DNA of 64,000 nt from Cetorhinus maximus (taxonomy: Eukaryota): assembly GCF_964194155.1 (NCBI RefSeq), contig NC_135894.1, positions 60,078,001-60,142,000 of the forward strand. The letters run 5' to 3'. Below are positions 37,451 to 49,707 of this stretch, in pieces. A model generated the notes under the pieces. That model was not told the origin of the DNA. It saw only the letters and a program-made list of their open reading frames with translations, and did not search any database. A program made the translations under genes and the position numbers. Each line of letters starts with the position of its first letter. The stretch's first letter is position 1.

Positions 37451-39643
37451 CTAAGGTGCCTTAATTTTACGATTGCGAGTGCTACATCTTTCTGGTGTCC
37501 CAACACTGGCACTGGCATCCGAGGCAGCCTGCTCTCTCTGCTGTCCTGTTGACCTTGATGCCCTTGGCAGATGTCCTCTGGCCCATAGAGCCTGTGCTTG
37601 CCCCGCCTGGGAGGGAGCTGCCAGCTCCGCAGATGGCATCTCCCCAGCCATCGCAGTCTCATTGAGTGCTGTGGTCACTGGCAGGGGGCAAAGGAGCTGC
37701 CAGCCTCATCCGGAGCGCCCTGAGAGGCGCCCGCAGAGATGACAGGTAGCTGCTCCACCAACATAAGGTCCATTCGGCCCTCCCTGCTCACCGTAGATGG
37801 ATGGGCACCAAGGTGGGAGACCTGGCGCTCAAACCATCACCCACAAGGGCACTGACCACCTGAGGTCAATGCCGCTATGAGGGATTGCAGGTCCAAACGC
37901 AACCCCAGGAACCCCTGATCCTGTCCCTGGAGTTGCCTCTCCATGAGAGCTGCCACTCTTTCCATGGAGGAAGCTTGGTACTCAGCCATGAGGCTCAATG
38001 CATTGGCCACGGCCCACATAGACTCCTCCACCCCTGACATCAAACCAAGCACAGCCTCATGTCTCTCCACCAGATGCTCCCGCACACCCGGCCGCATCTC
38101 ACGAGTTGGCTGCATCGCGGACGACTCCTGAGGCTCATCATCAGCCATGGACTGAGCATGTGCCTGGGCCCCTGCAGTCCTCCGACTGCTGGCGCCACGG
38201 GCACTCTCTGTCTCTGCCAGCTCCTCCAGTGACTGTGAAGTGCCCTCACCGCTGTGAACTGGGACACTAGCCAAAGATCTGATGCCCACCGAGGTGCCAG
38301 TATCTGTGCTGGCGCCTGCCTGGCAGAGATGGTGTGACGCTGGTGATGTTGACACTTCATTGCCCTCAGGTGTCAGAGGGGGCCCCTGCTGCTCCGGGAC
38401 CTGGCCCTGCGCCGCTGATGCTGAAAGGAAGAGTAAGGAAATTCGATCAGTTAGCCTGTGGAAAATGTCAATGTACATGCCTGTCCCCCTGATCATCATG
38501 GGTTCATCATTCCACATGCCACAGGCAAACCATGTTGGTAATGTCACTCACTCAACAATCAGCACTGCCATGGCTGTTGGGAGGCTGCTGGTGACGTGAG
38601 TGCAGGCCATACATACCTGCCCGTGGAACCCCAGCCTCTCCGGCTCCGGTGGACCTGGGCACATGGTGCCTCTCCAGGTTGAGGGCCTCCTGCTCGAAGC
38701 AGCTAAGCAGCACTACCTGGGCTGACCCACCGCCAGTCCTCACCCGCTCGGCGGTGTTGTGAGAATTCTTCTCCTGGAAATGGGAAAAGAGCATTGATAA
38801 GTGTTATTTGTACCGTGAATCTCCTCACGGCCGGCCTACCCCAAGCCCAGTTGGCCAATGCAGGGGTCCAATGAATCCTTACCTCGCTGCTGCCGAACGC
38901 TCACACAAATATGCCAGGTGTGTCCTTCCCACCGCCCCCCTCTTGGCCACATGCTGCCTTCATCACACTTGGGAGTACAGTTTAACCTGCCTTAGCAAGG
39001 AGGCACAATGACATGGATCGCAGAGGGCAGCAGATCAATCTGTTCCACGCCACCTTGAAGACCCCCTCCCACCCTAACTTCGACATGTCCTGGAGTTCGA
39101 GCACTGCCCATGGGTGCAGATCCTCCAGGTTGCCCCCACTGCAGTCACGTGGGTCTCAGTCCACCACATGCTGCGGGTGCAGAACCCATCTCATCTCCAC
39201 CCTCTCAGGCTGACCAGAGCATAGGGAATATCTGCTGGGCCGCCCAGCTAAGGGCACATGCCGTCAATGACTCATTGCATTCAGGCCAGTCAGGCATGGG
39301 TGGGGCACCAGGGGAAGAAGCTGACATGATGGGTGAAGTGAAGGATGCCAACATACTACTCACCCTTCCCATGCACAGCAGGTCATTGAACCGTTTGCAG
39401 CACTGGATCCATGAGCACCATGTCGTGGGAGCTCACGACCTCTGCTACCTCCTCCTGCGCACGTTTTGCCAAGTGCGGTGGCCTCCTCCTCCCGTCCTGA
39501 AGGACAAGCACCTCCCGCCGTGCTGCCATCTCCTTGAGGAGGGCAGCAAGGCATTCGTCAGAAAACCTGGGCGCACATAGACCACCTGCCCTACCCTCCT
39601 GCATGACCAGCCTGGATTTGCCTTGGACCCGACCTCTGGCCAT
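37451..39643 (-). pseudogene. Harbinger Myb/SANT-like gene, three exons (39643-39364, 38773-38617, 38420-37451)
   Basis: PRFSDECLAALLKEM...QCCKRFNDLL|gtgagt; EKNSHNTAERVRTGGG...|gtatgt; low-complexity and coiled-coil-like exon 3; frameshifts. Confidence 0.88.
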
Positions 39644-41182
39644 ATACAGCAGCCTTGGAGCGGCTGCAGCTTGGCTTTTAAACAGGCTGTCGGGTCGCCA
39701 TTGGACCTAGAGGCGATTGCCGATCTGCCATCACCCGCCAACTCCCGCTGTCCCTGGGAGCCAGCAAACACGCTGGGCGGGCCTTAATTGGCCCACCTGC
39801 GTAAAATGGCGGCACGGTCCCAATCGCCAGTGGCGATCGAGTCCGCAACCGCCCGTTCCCGCACAGCCCGCCCGACATGGGGAAGATTCTCCCCTAACGA
39901 CAGTACTGTTGAGCTGTTTCTGATTTTTCCTGGTTGATCTAAGCTCCACCCACAAAACAGTTAATTGGGCACAAGATGGAGCTGTCTGCTTCAAAGACTA
40001 AGTGAGACAGTGAAAAAAACTTTTTTATAATCTTCTTCTCAGCCCAGCCTGCAGTATAGCTTCCCCAGATCTCCAGCAGGGACAGTAAGCAGAAATGATT
40101 TCACCTGTTTCTGAAGTTCTGCTTAAAGCGAGACCTGTTCCTGCTTAAACTTTGCAGCAGGTAGACTTCAATTATTTAACCTCTCTCAAATTTGAAAAAT
40201 CTTACCAGAACCCAATGCCCACTGGCTGTAGCAAGGCATGACCCCAGAGCGGAGGCACAGCGCATAGAATCCCTACAGAAGTTGCATAATTCTTACATAT
40301 GGCAAGTCTTCATAGTTGTTTCACGTTCACACCAGATCTTTTATTCCACTGAATGTGAATGGTTGAGGCTTGTACGTTTTGCAGTCAAATCTTCAAAAGC
40401 TGTGCTGCCACCCTGCCACCATATTATATTCTTCTTTTCTTTGACATAAATATGCCAATCAATAACGAGGATTGATGAAACAATAATGTGGGTTCACTAT
40501 TTGAGGGTAAGACTACATACAGATAGTATTCATTGGGAGGCTAAGAATCTACATCTGGACTCTACCCTGTGGCTTCCAGACTGACAATAAGTCATGGGTC
40601 GAATACATCACATCCTGTCGAGGTGGATTGTGATTGACAATAGTTTAAGATGTCTCCCTTAAAAGTTGCATGCACATCATATCATAACAAGTTTTTCATC
40701 AAATAATTTTGAAAAACAATATGACAAATTTAAATAGCCTAATGGACATAAGATATATGTTATGTTTTAAATTGGGTGCAACCATCTGTTCTCATTGGCA
40801 TCAAGTGTCATGGCGGGCGCAGGGGGGTGCTTTCCAGTGAGATGGCCCAAAATCGGTTTTGCATCATTGTGAAACCAGTTTGCTAACGCCTGCTCCGCCC
40901 GTCAATAGGTGGACTGTGTTTCCCTCCGCCGCACGTTGGGAATCCAATTTTAATACTTCAGCATCTAAGCCTTGCTCGTCGGAATCATTCCCCCCCCATC
41001 AAATTTACCGCCCACGTCAGTGTGACTTCAGAACAACGTGCTTCACAGCTGCCTTTAAAAGGTGTGCACCTGCTTACCTGAGCTTCGAGGGGAACTCGGA
41101 GGTGAGTGTACACAACCTTGTGCAGCGCTCATGAGAATCGCCTGTAGGACATCAAAGGAGAAGTGGCGTGTTCAGAACTCAT

Positions 41183-41222
41183 GTTCTGACGAAGAGTCAT
41201 ACGGACTCGAAACGTTAACTGT
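41183..41222 (+). ncRNA. Minimal hammerhead ribozyme core in a Penelope-derived insert (41172-41281)
   Basis: gtt-CTGACGA-A-GAGTC/atacg/GACTC-GAAACGTT-aac; stem I is only ~3 bp. Confidence 0.65.
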
Positions 41223-41896
41223 GTTCCTCTCCGCAGATGCCATCAGACCTGCTGAGTTTTTGCAGCTATTTTTGTTCTTGTCAAAAGTGAGCATTTTTCC
41301 GCAGTTGAAACTGTTCAGCAGCAGCTCCATTGACATGCTTGCAGTTGAGCCTCTGAAGCTTTTCTGCCCATTCAAGCAACGCAAAAGCATGAAAGTGCCA
41401 CCAAATGCTCCAGAATCTTTCACCCCTCGAGTGCAGATTGCAAATTAATGTGCATTTTAGGGGGCAGCACAACAATTGGATGATTGGGTAAGTTGTAGAA
41501 TCTCCTTGCAAAAGGTGGCCATGGCGCAGTGACTGGTGGAGGCGCTCAGCGCCCCTTGCGATGTCTTTATTAAGGTCTCGACCTGTATCCAGCATGGTTC
41601 AAGCTAACAGCACAGCCTTGCAGTGCAGGTTAGGAGGATTCCTGCACCTGAGCTGAGAGTACAGCATGCAGTCCAGTGGCCGGAGCTGCCGCCACTCGGT
41701 CAAGTGGAGTGGGGCAGAGGTGGGTGGGGTTTCGGGCAGCCATGAAGCACACGACGCACTGGCCATCCAAGTGGTGGCCAGCACTCTCCTGCATATGTGA
41801 AAGGGCCTTCAGGCTTAACCAAGAGAAGTTTTTAGGATACATATGCTAACCCACGCCTCTCTCTCTTTGATCCAGCAGGAGGAGAACATCAGGATC

Positions 41897-42890
41897 ATGG
41901 AGCCTGATGATTTAGCGGAATGCCTCATGGCTTACAGAGAGCAGAGAAGAAGAAGAGTGCAGCAGAGGTGCCTGGCTCGGCAAAGGGAGGAGCACCTCCC
42001 TCAAGATAAAGGAGTGGCAGGACCTGCTGCGCATACAGTTGAAGATCCAGAGAGAGCTATCACTTGTAGGCACCTCACTAGACCCAGGGTCTATAGACGG
42101 TGCTTGTCATTCCTGCAGATGACTGAGAACCGAAGACTGCGCATGTCTAGGGAACTGGTCAGCCACATATGCCACCTGCCACAGAATTTGGCGCCACGGG
42201 GACATGGAGGGCATCCACTGCCAGTGGCAGTGAATGTGACCGCGGTTCCCCATTTTTACGCCAGTGGCTCCTTCCAGGGCTCCACAGGTGACCTGTGTGG
42301 GCTCTCGAAAGCCTCCACACATGGGTGTATCCAGGAAGTCATGGATGCCATCATCGTGAAGGCACAGAACTTTGTGCATTTCGACCGGGATCAGGAAAGC
42401 CAGGAAGCAGAAGCGCTGGGATCTGCACAGATCTCTGGTTTCCCACACATGCAGGGTGCCATCGACTGCACTCATGTGGTGCTTAGATCTCCATGGCAAC
42501 AAGCGGTCAACTACGTCAACCACAAGGGCTTCCACTCACTGAATGTTCAAGCTGGTGTGCGGCCATCACAAATGCAGCCTACAGGTCTGCACACGATTCC
42601 CAGGGAGCGTCCACAACTCCAACATCCTTAGCAGGTCTCAGATCCCTGACATCTTCCAGGGTCCAGAGAGGCTGCAGGGGTGGCTCCTGGGGGACAAGGG
42701 CTACCCACAGAGGATGTGGCTAATGACCCCCAAACTGCAGCCTCAGACTGCAGCAGAGCTACGGTACAGTGAGGCTTATGCCACCATCCAGACTTTGATG
42801 GAGCAAACAGTAGGCATTTTGAAAATGAGGTTCTGGTGCCTCAACATGTACAGTGGAGCACTGCAATACAGTCCACATGTTGCTCTGTGA
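41897..42890 (+). pseudogene. HARBI1-like DDE transposase, frameshifted and C-terminally deleted
   Basis: HFYASGSFQG, GFPHMQGAIDCTHVVL, NHKGFHSLNVQ, WLLGDKGYP and MEQTVGILKMRF. Confidence 0.92.
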
Positions 42891-43549
42891 ACATTTGACT
42901 CCCCTGTGGCTGATTGCAGCTCACATACCCTCCGTGCTCAGGCTCATGTTATGGAGATACAACGGAAGCCCTAGAATCCAGGAGGATGATGATGACATGC
43001 AGTGAGGACACTTCACAGATCTTCACATTGCTTCTGTGAATGTCTGGATTCTGTCTGGCTGAGGACAGCTCGCTTGCACTTGGTGATCAGGGTCATATCA
43101 TGGAGGCGCAGCTGTGAAACTTTGATCCTTTATCAGCCTTCAGCACCTATCCCCTTCCAGAGCACACCGTCACTGGTCACAGATGCTGAAGAGATGGGGG
43201 GCCAACCCCAGCTGAGAGCACACAGAGAGAATGACTGAACTCTGTGACACCTGCCCATGACATTCTGGCAGCAATGACAAGCACCATCGAGGTGCAGGCA
43301 TCACTGATGCGTCCAGTGAGTGTTAAGCCGGACCATCACTTTGGCCTGAAGGTTACACACTGCAACAGGAAGAGCCCTGGACTGAGATACCTGCCTTTCT
43401 CTTGTACAGGAACCAAGGTTTCACATCTGAATGATACAAACGCTGCTCATCATAACAAGGAGCCATAGGCAAGGAGACGTTCTTGGGCATTTATTTACAA
43501 TAGTGAACATTATGTTCAAGTGATTAACACCCGTGCCCAAGCTGTGCAA

Positions 43550-45200
43550 TTACATCTTCCTAATCCTGCTGCTACATCTTGGTGCTCCATTGACATCCAC
43601 AGCAAAGGTGGAGGCAGCCTGCTGTGATGACTGTGGTGGGCATCCTCTGGACAACCAAGACCTGGAGGGCCCTGGTCTGCTTTGGGTATCCTGCACCCTC
43701 CTCGGCCTGTGGAGTTGGAGCTGCGTGTCCACAGGAAGAGGGGATTTGGATAGGCCGGATATTCCCAGAGTTACCTGGACGGATCACCCTGGGTTGATTG
43801 GGCTCCTGGTCCTCCCTCCCTATGGGTGCCCAACGGCCTCTGGCTGACGCCTTGAGGAGAAGTGGAAGCTGCAGTGAGGTGGAGCCAATGCACACCCTTC
43901 TCGTGTTGACACTGTTGGAGGCCAACTATGGCATCAGGGATGGAGTTCAGCCTGCTCAGCAGTGCATGATGACGTCCTGGACCAAGGTTTGCATAGGAGC
44001 CATCCTATCAGTGTTGACCTCGATGCATTGGCATGCTGATGCTATCACCTCAGACTGAAGGTGGACGGTCTCCTCCATTGTGCTTTGCAATAAGAAGAGT
44101 GCAGCAGACATCCTTTCCTGATGTTCCCAAGTTTGCCTTTGCAGCTCCAGCAACTGAGGCATAACCGAGTCCAGAGACCCTCATCTGACTTGGACTTAGC
44201 AGATTTTTGGTCTCCAGCAGTCCTCCAAGTGTCAGAAACCTGGGAAGTCCCAGCTGCTGCCTACTATAAATCAGACAGTGCGATGTGCTCACCAGATTGT
44301 GACCCCAAGGCTACTCTAGAACTAGGTCCCACTGAGGAGTATGTCTCTGCGCTGGTGGAGGGTGTGGGTGAATGCTGTGACCTGTCCTCAGTTAGGGTGT
44401 CATCAGTTTCTTCTTCCGCAGTGTCTTCGGGGCTTTTGTCCCGGACCTGGCTCATGGACCCCCTCAGCTGTTTCCCAGATGTGCCTGCAACACAAGGAAT
44501 CGCAGAACAGGGGAACTCACACATAGGCATGGTTATCTGATGGATGTTGCACTGCCAGGTGCTTACTTCGCTGAGTGCTACCGAACTCACCGTCAGCATA
44601 GAAATGGTCCAGGTCGCAGCTGGCTGGCTAGATGACTCTATTTTCAGTCTGTGGGGGCTTTGATGTCGGGCATTTCTCCGCCAGTCTGCGACCTCTCCCT
44701 TTTGCTGTGTGCCAGCTTGTCCTGCATGAAGACAGATGGAGAGAGTGTAAGCAGGACGCCAGCCTGGCCAGATGAGAAGGATGCCTGGCATGTGTGGGTG
44801 GTGAATGGCGCCATGGAGGCATGAGGACAAGATCTGCAGGACAGATGAAGGTGTGTGTGAGAGAATGAATGGTGATGGCCTTTGAACTGACAGTGATTGA
44901 GATCCCTGTGGATGCGTGATGGGTTCGTGAGTGTGAGAGTTGAGAGCGATGAGAAGAGTGATTTACCCTGGAAGAATGGAGTAGATCATTCATTCTCTTT
45001 TGGCACTGGGTGTCTCTCCTTTTTTGTAGTGCATTGGCACTGACCACCACTTCCCGTGCTGGATTGCTGACCTTGCTTGCTGGTCTATGCACAGAGCAGG
45101 GGTGGAGGGCTTCATGGCAGGCCTCCATTGCATCGACTCAGCACCTGAGAGAGGTGGTGCTAAATTTGGGGGTAGCATGTTTCATCCCTTTGGCAGCTAT
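43550..45200 (-). pseudogene. Harbinger Myb/SANT-like gene, three exons, decayed
   Basis: QCQKRMNDLLHSSR|gtaaat; catgcag|DKLAH; PQLLELQRQ coiled-coil-like segment; ends PRCSSRIRKM. Confidence 0.85.
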
Positions 45201-47284
45201 GACTTTCCAACAGCTTTTGATCCCTTAGAGAGTGCTAGCTCTGCGCAGGGGTGCCCTTCAAATATGGTGTCCAAATTATTGAAGGCCTGAGGTGATGGCA
45301 GGACAGGTGAATCAAAGGCTGCCCGCCAGCGATCCAGCATGTTTCCTGTGAATGCATTATTAACGAGGCAGGATGCACAGGGAATGGGACGATACAGTGC
45401 GAAAACCCGCCATTGCGGTCGGCAGGTAAAACAACTTTGTGCATGTATGTATGTGTGTGTGTGCGCCTATGTGAGGGAAAGTGAATAAATGAGAGAGAAT
45501 TGTCATCTCATTATCTATGCCTAAAAGCAGGACATGACACAAAAAAAATTAAGTTCTATTGACATACTGTTAGAAGTTCACCCATTCCAATTTTTGTATG
45601 GGCCTTAATTTAAGCAGCCTGCACTCCTCATGGAAACAGGTAAAGAACTCATTAATGTATGTAAATTAGGGTCAAATGATGCAGTTAAGAGCCCAATGTC
45701 ATTTTCATCTCAGGTTAATGAAGTTTATCTATCCAGAAATTATCCAGTTTTTTTTTTTGCTTTCCCACTGGAATTATTATCCTATGCCTAACCTTGTGGA
45801 TGCAGTAGGATTTATTTTCCTTTTGAATACAACTGTGCATTCCACAATTAAATTACAAAACTTCTCTTCATTTATACAAAGTGTAAAAGCAAAATACTAC
45901 AGATATTGGAAATCTGAAATAAAAACAAAAAGTGCTGGAAATACTCAGGCAGCATCTGTGGAGAGCAACAGAGTTAATGTGCTGTATTACACGGGCTCCT
46001 GATGAGCTCCCCACACCTCCGTGTAAATGTCTGGGGCAAGTCCGCCTCCACTTGGCCAACTTGCCCACTTTAATTTTTCAACCAAGGGGCCTTTAATTAT
46101 TAGGAGGCGAGACCTCCGCCCCTCTCTAGGAGTAAGTCCTGCCTCATAGAGCTGCTGGCTAAACGGCGGCCAGCAGCCACTGTTGGCTCCACACCTAGGT
46201 TGAGGAGGAAGAGCAACCGTGGATGCCCTGGGACCCAGGTAAGTCCAGGATCTTGATGGGGCCAGCTAGCAGGCCTTAATGAGGGTGGTTGGGGGGAGGT
46301 TGCTGATTGGGCAGGGTGAGGTGGGTGGGTGGACGCAGGGGGGGTAAACTGCTGGTGCAGGGCCCAAAAAGGAGGCACCTCCCTTTCATTAGTCAGGAGC
46401 CCACAGGTTAAAACCTCCTGGGCTGCACATTAGGCGCAGGCCTCTCCTGCCACCTGTTAAATCTGACCAGCGGCAGGATTAGCCCCTTACGTGGGCATTA
46501 ATCAAAGTAGACAACTTGATGATAGACACCTTACACAGAGGGTTCTGATTTTTAGAAGGTGGGGGTTTAAGGAAAGGGAGATAGAAGATTATGGGAACAG
46601 GGCAGATACAGAGGATTAAAACTGTTGTTTATTTGGAGGATAAACACCAACATTGGTTGGTTCAAAGAGCTTGTTACGATGCTGCAACTTCTATGGAATA
46701 TATAATTTCATTAACTTTGCAGTCATAAAAAATAAAAAAGCCACTGCAATGCACATAATGCTCCATTCAAAACCCTAGTCCTCATAACCCATGACAGGGC
46801 AGCTTCTGTTCATACCAAATATGTTTCTCTTCAAAACCTTTTGCTTACTCACTACTTAAAACATTAAGCTCCGCAGTTACAGGAACAATTTCTATTGGCA
46901 AATGAGGTGCTGAATAGTCATGCATAGTTTCAGAAGTTAGTACAATTGACTCTTTAATGTTATGCTAGATTTCAGATCGGAGATCAGTGCTTTCTCCTGG
47001 GCATATTACTTGAATTTAAACCACATTAAACCAAGCAATGAGGAACCATACTGTGATGGCCACCATAGAAGTTGAGCTGAATCCTGAAAAGAAGTGTTGC
47101 TTTTTGAATTCAATGTGCCTGTATGTTTTCATTGGCCATTGGACATGGTGTCCTGAAGGTGTTTTTTTTTTTAAAAACCTACAGGTGTTCCCAGGGCCAA
47201 TGTTCGTGAATATCAGAACTGAATACAGCAGGACATCATAGCAAATGTAAGGCATATTGTTTGTGGTGATTCAGTGAAAACAAT

Positions 47285-47612
47285 CATTTGGACTTATCTC
47301 GCACCTTTAGCTTAGTAAAATGTCGCAAGTGTTCCACAGGAGCATTATCATACAAATTTTGACAAAAAGGCACATAAGGAGATATGAGGACAGGTGATCA
47401 AAATTTGGTCCAAGAGGAGGATTTTAAGGAGCATCTTAAAGGAGGACAGGGAGGTAATGAGGTTTAGGGAGAGAATTCCAGAGCTTGTGGCCTTGGTTGC
47501 ACAGAAAAGAAATTTGGGAATGCGGAAGAGGATGGAATTGCGGGAGCACAGAGATCTTAGACGCTTGTAGGGCTGGAGATAGGGAGGAGTGAGGAATTTG
47601 AAAACAAGGAAT
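47285..47612 (-). mobile_element. L2 LINE 3' tail fragment
   Basis: Purine-rich L2-like 3' end (ggattttaaggagcatcttaaaggagg...agaattccagagc); a related piece lies at about 16330-16495. Confidence 0.65.
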
Positions 47613-48492
47613 GGCTAAATTAAGAATTCTGGGCCATCTGAATGGAATTCATATTTTGTTAGAACTAACCTGAAGTCAATCCATCTCTGGGTATATTTTT
47701 ATATTCAGAATCACATCAAGTTGACTTTGTTTTTCATATGTAGATTTTAATTTTATTTCCAACTTGCTATTGATCTGGTTTCAATATGAACCAAAAAACG
47801 TCGTGCAAATCGGGTTTTATGTAGAATTGCAAGCAGCAATTCCTACTACCCAGAATGCAGCCTTAAAGTTATTTCAGACTTTCCTTTGGTACGTAACTCT
47901 GTAGAAAGACATGATAATCAGTGGCAAGTTTCCTCCAAGCCTGCCATCAATTAAAAACCAGCATGCGCAGAGTACACTATTGATAATGTGCGTAGACTAA
48001 GAATGTCAAATGGGATTACTTAATGATTCATTCAGTAGGGTTGAAAAGCATTAGAGAAAGAGCTTCACAGCATTTATTAGTCTGAATTTCATTTCTATAA
48101 GTAGGACATAGAAAATGGATTCCAATAAAAATAAATATTAAATTGATATTCTAATACTTAATGAAAATCCAGAAGGTGAGTATAAAATAGCACATTTCTC
48201 TCCATACACATTTCAACCTTTAAAATATGGCCTTAAATTTGTAATTACAAATTGTCCTGTTTTGAAATTGCCATTACTGTAAACCAGGAAGAAATATGTA
48301 AGACTGGGACCGTTACAAGTCATTTCACAAGATGCTTTAATATTCATTCCATGACAAATGAAATACTAAAGTATATTTTTATATGGCATGGCTTGCAGGA
48401 AGAGAGCTACTCACTTATCCACTTACTACATCTGTCCTAACTGAAATATACACTTTTCAGTAATGTTAGCAATAAATGCAAAACTTTACCTT

Positions 48493-48988
48493 AGGCAAGA
48501 TTTTTCAGTTGGCATGCAGGGGCGGGCCCAGGTCCCACACATAAAATGACGCGTGATGATGTTGGGCACACATCCCGACGTCATCGCGCAGTCCCACGAT
48601 ATTTCGTTCGGCGGGCGTGCACCGGAGTCGGCTGCGTGCCGGCCGAAATTTAAACAGCCTATTAAGGCCATTAACGAAGTAATTATTGTGATTGTTAACG
48701 CTGCCCGTCCAAGCGGCCTTCGCATCTTTTAGGAAACCTCATCCACGAGCAGGATGAGGTTTCCTGAAGCTTTTATTCAATGAATTTTAAAATTTTCATA
48801 AATATAAAAACATGTCCCATCTCACGTGACACAGTCACATGAGAGGACATTTCTAAATAAATTTATAAACCTTTTATTTAATTTTTTGAACATCGATTCA
48901 ATCTCCCTGAGGCAGCTCCATGCCTCAGGGACATTGAAGTGCTCTTTCACTCCCGCCAAGCCCGCCCGCCGCCTGAAAAATTCAGGCC
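48493..48988 (-). mobile_element. Harbinger-type MITE, family A variant with internal deletion (496 bp)
   Basis: TIRs aggcaagatttt / aaaattcaggcc and TSD CTT; shares the hairpins. Confidence 0.85.
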
Positions 48989-49224
48989 CTTATATTTGGG
49001 GTGCATTGATCGAAGGACAGGGAATAATTAGTGAAGAAAGATTCAGCCATTTTAAGCTAAAATAAAGCTAATGTTTCAGGTCAATTAGCTTTTGTCAGAT
49101 TTTAACTGCTTCTCTCTCCACAGATACTGCCCAATCTGCTGCGCATCAACTACATAAAGCCAGCCTACACCTCTTAAAGAAGAGGTGCATTCTGGCTGCA
49201 GAATGTGCTGGAAGTGGCATTGAG

Positions 49225-49695
49225 AAGCTGTCCAAGCAGGACAATCCAACCAGGACAAAGCAGTCTGCTTTGATCGGCACCTCAAACACCACTTTAAACA
49301 TTCAATCTCTCCACCACAGACATACAGTGGCAGCAGTGTGTACCATATACAAAATGCACTCTAGCAACTTGCCAAGGCTCCTTTGACAGTACCTTCCAAG
49401 CCTACAACTCTACCACTTAGAAGGACAAGGACAAGAAATACATGGGACCACAACCACCTGCAAGTTCCCCTCCAAGCCACACACCACCCTGATTTATATA
49501 TTGTTGTTCCTTCACTATCACTGGATCAAATTCCTGGAACTCCCTTCCTAACAGCACTGTGGGTGTACCCACACCACATGGACTGAAGTGTTTCGAGAAG
49601 GTGGTTCACTGCCACCTTCTCAAGGGCAATTAAGGATGGGAAACAAATGTGCCCTAGCCAGCAATGCCAACATTCCATGAAAGAATAAAAAAAAA
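49225..49695 (+). mobile_element. LINE 3' fragment, same family as 5972-6955
   Basis: Colinear with the reverse complement of 5972-6410; ends in an A-rich tail. Confidence 0.8.
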
Positions 49696-49707
49696 CACTA
49701 AACCTAA

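Larger units (their letters stand above)
34764..39894. mobile_element. Harbinger transposon copy 2, apparently full length (~5.1 kb)
   Basis: Ends ggccagaatttt / aagattctcccc with convergent transposase and Myb genes. The flanks (AAT / TAA) are not a perfect TSD. Confidence 0.85.
40805..45436. mobile_element. Harbinger transposon copy 3 (TIRs not resolved, internal deletion)
   Basis: Convergent transposase and Myb genes; aligns in inverted orientation to 52417-57885. Confidence 0.88.

Noticed and set aside
40206-40272. Short minus-strand AG...GTAAGA candidate exon
   Set aside because: No convincing protein match in any frame; the PCY similarity is too short to mean anything.
46848-46965. 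Exon-like open frame HNIKESIVLTSETMHDYSAPHLPIEIVPVTAELNVLS with a gtgagt donor
   Set aside because: Weak acceptor and no similarity to CFAP47 that I can recognise; needs RNA-seq.
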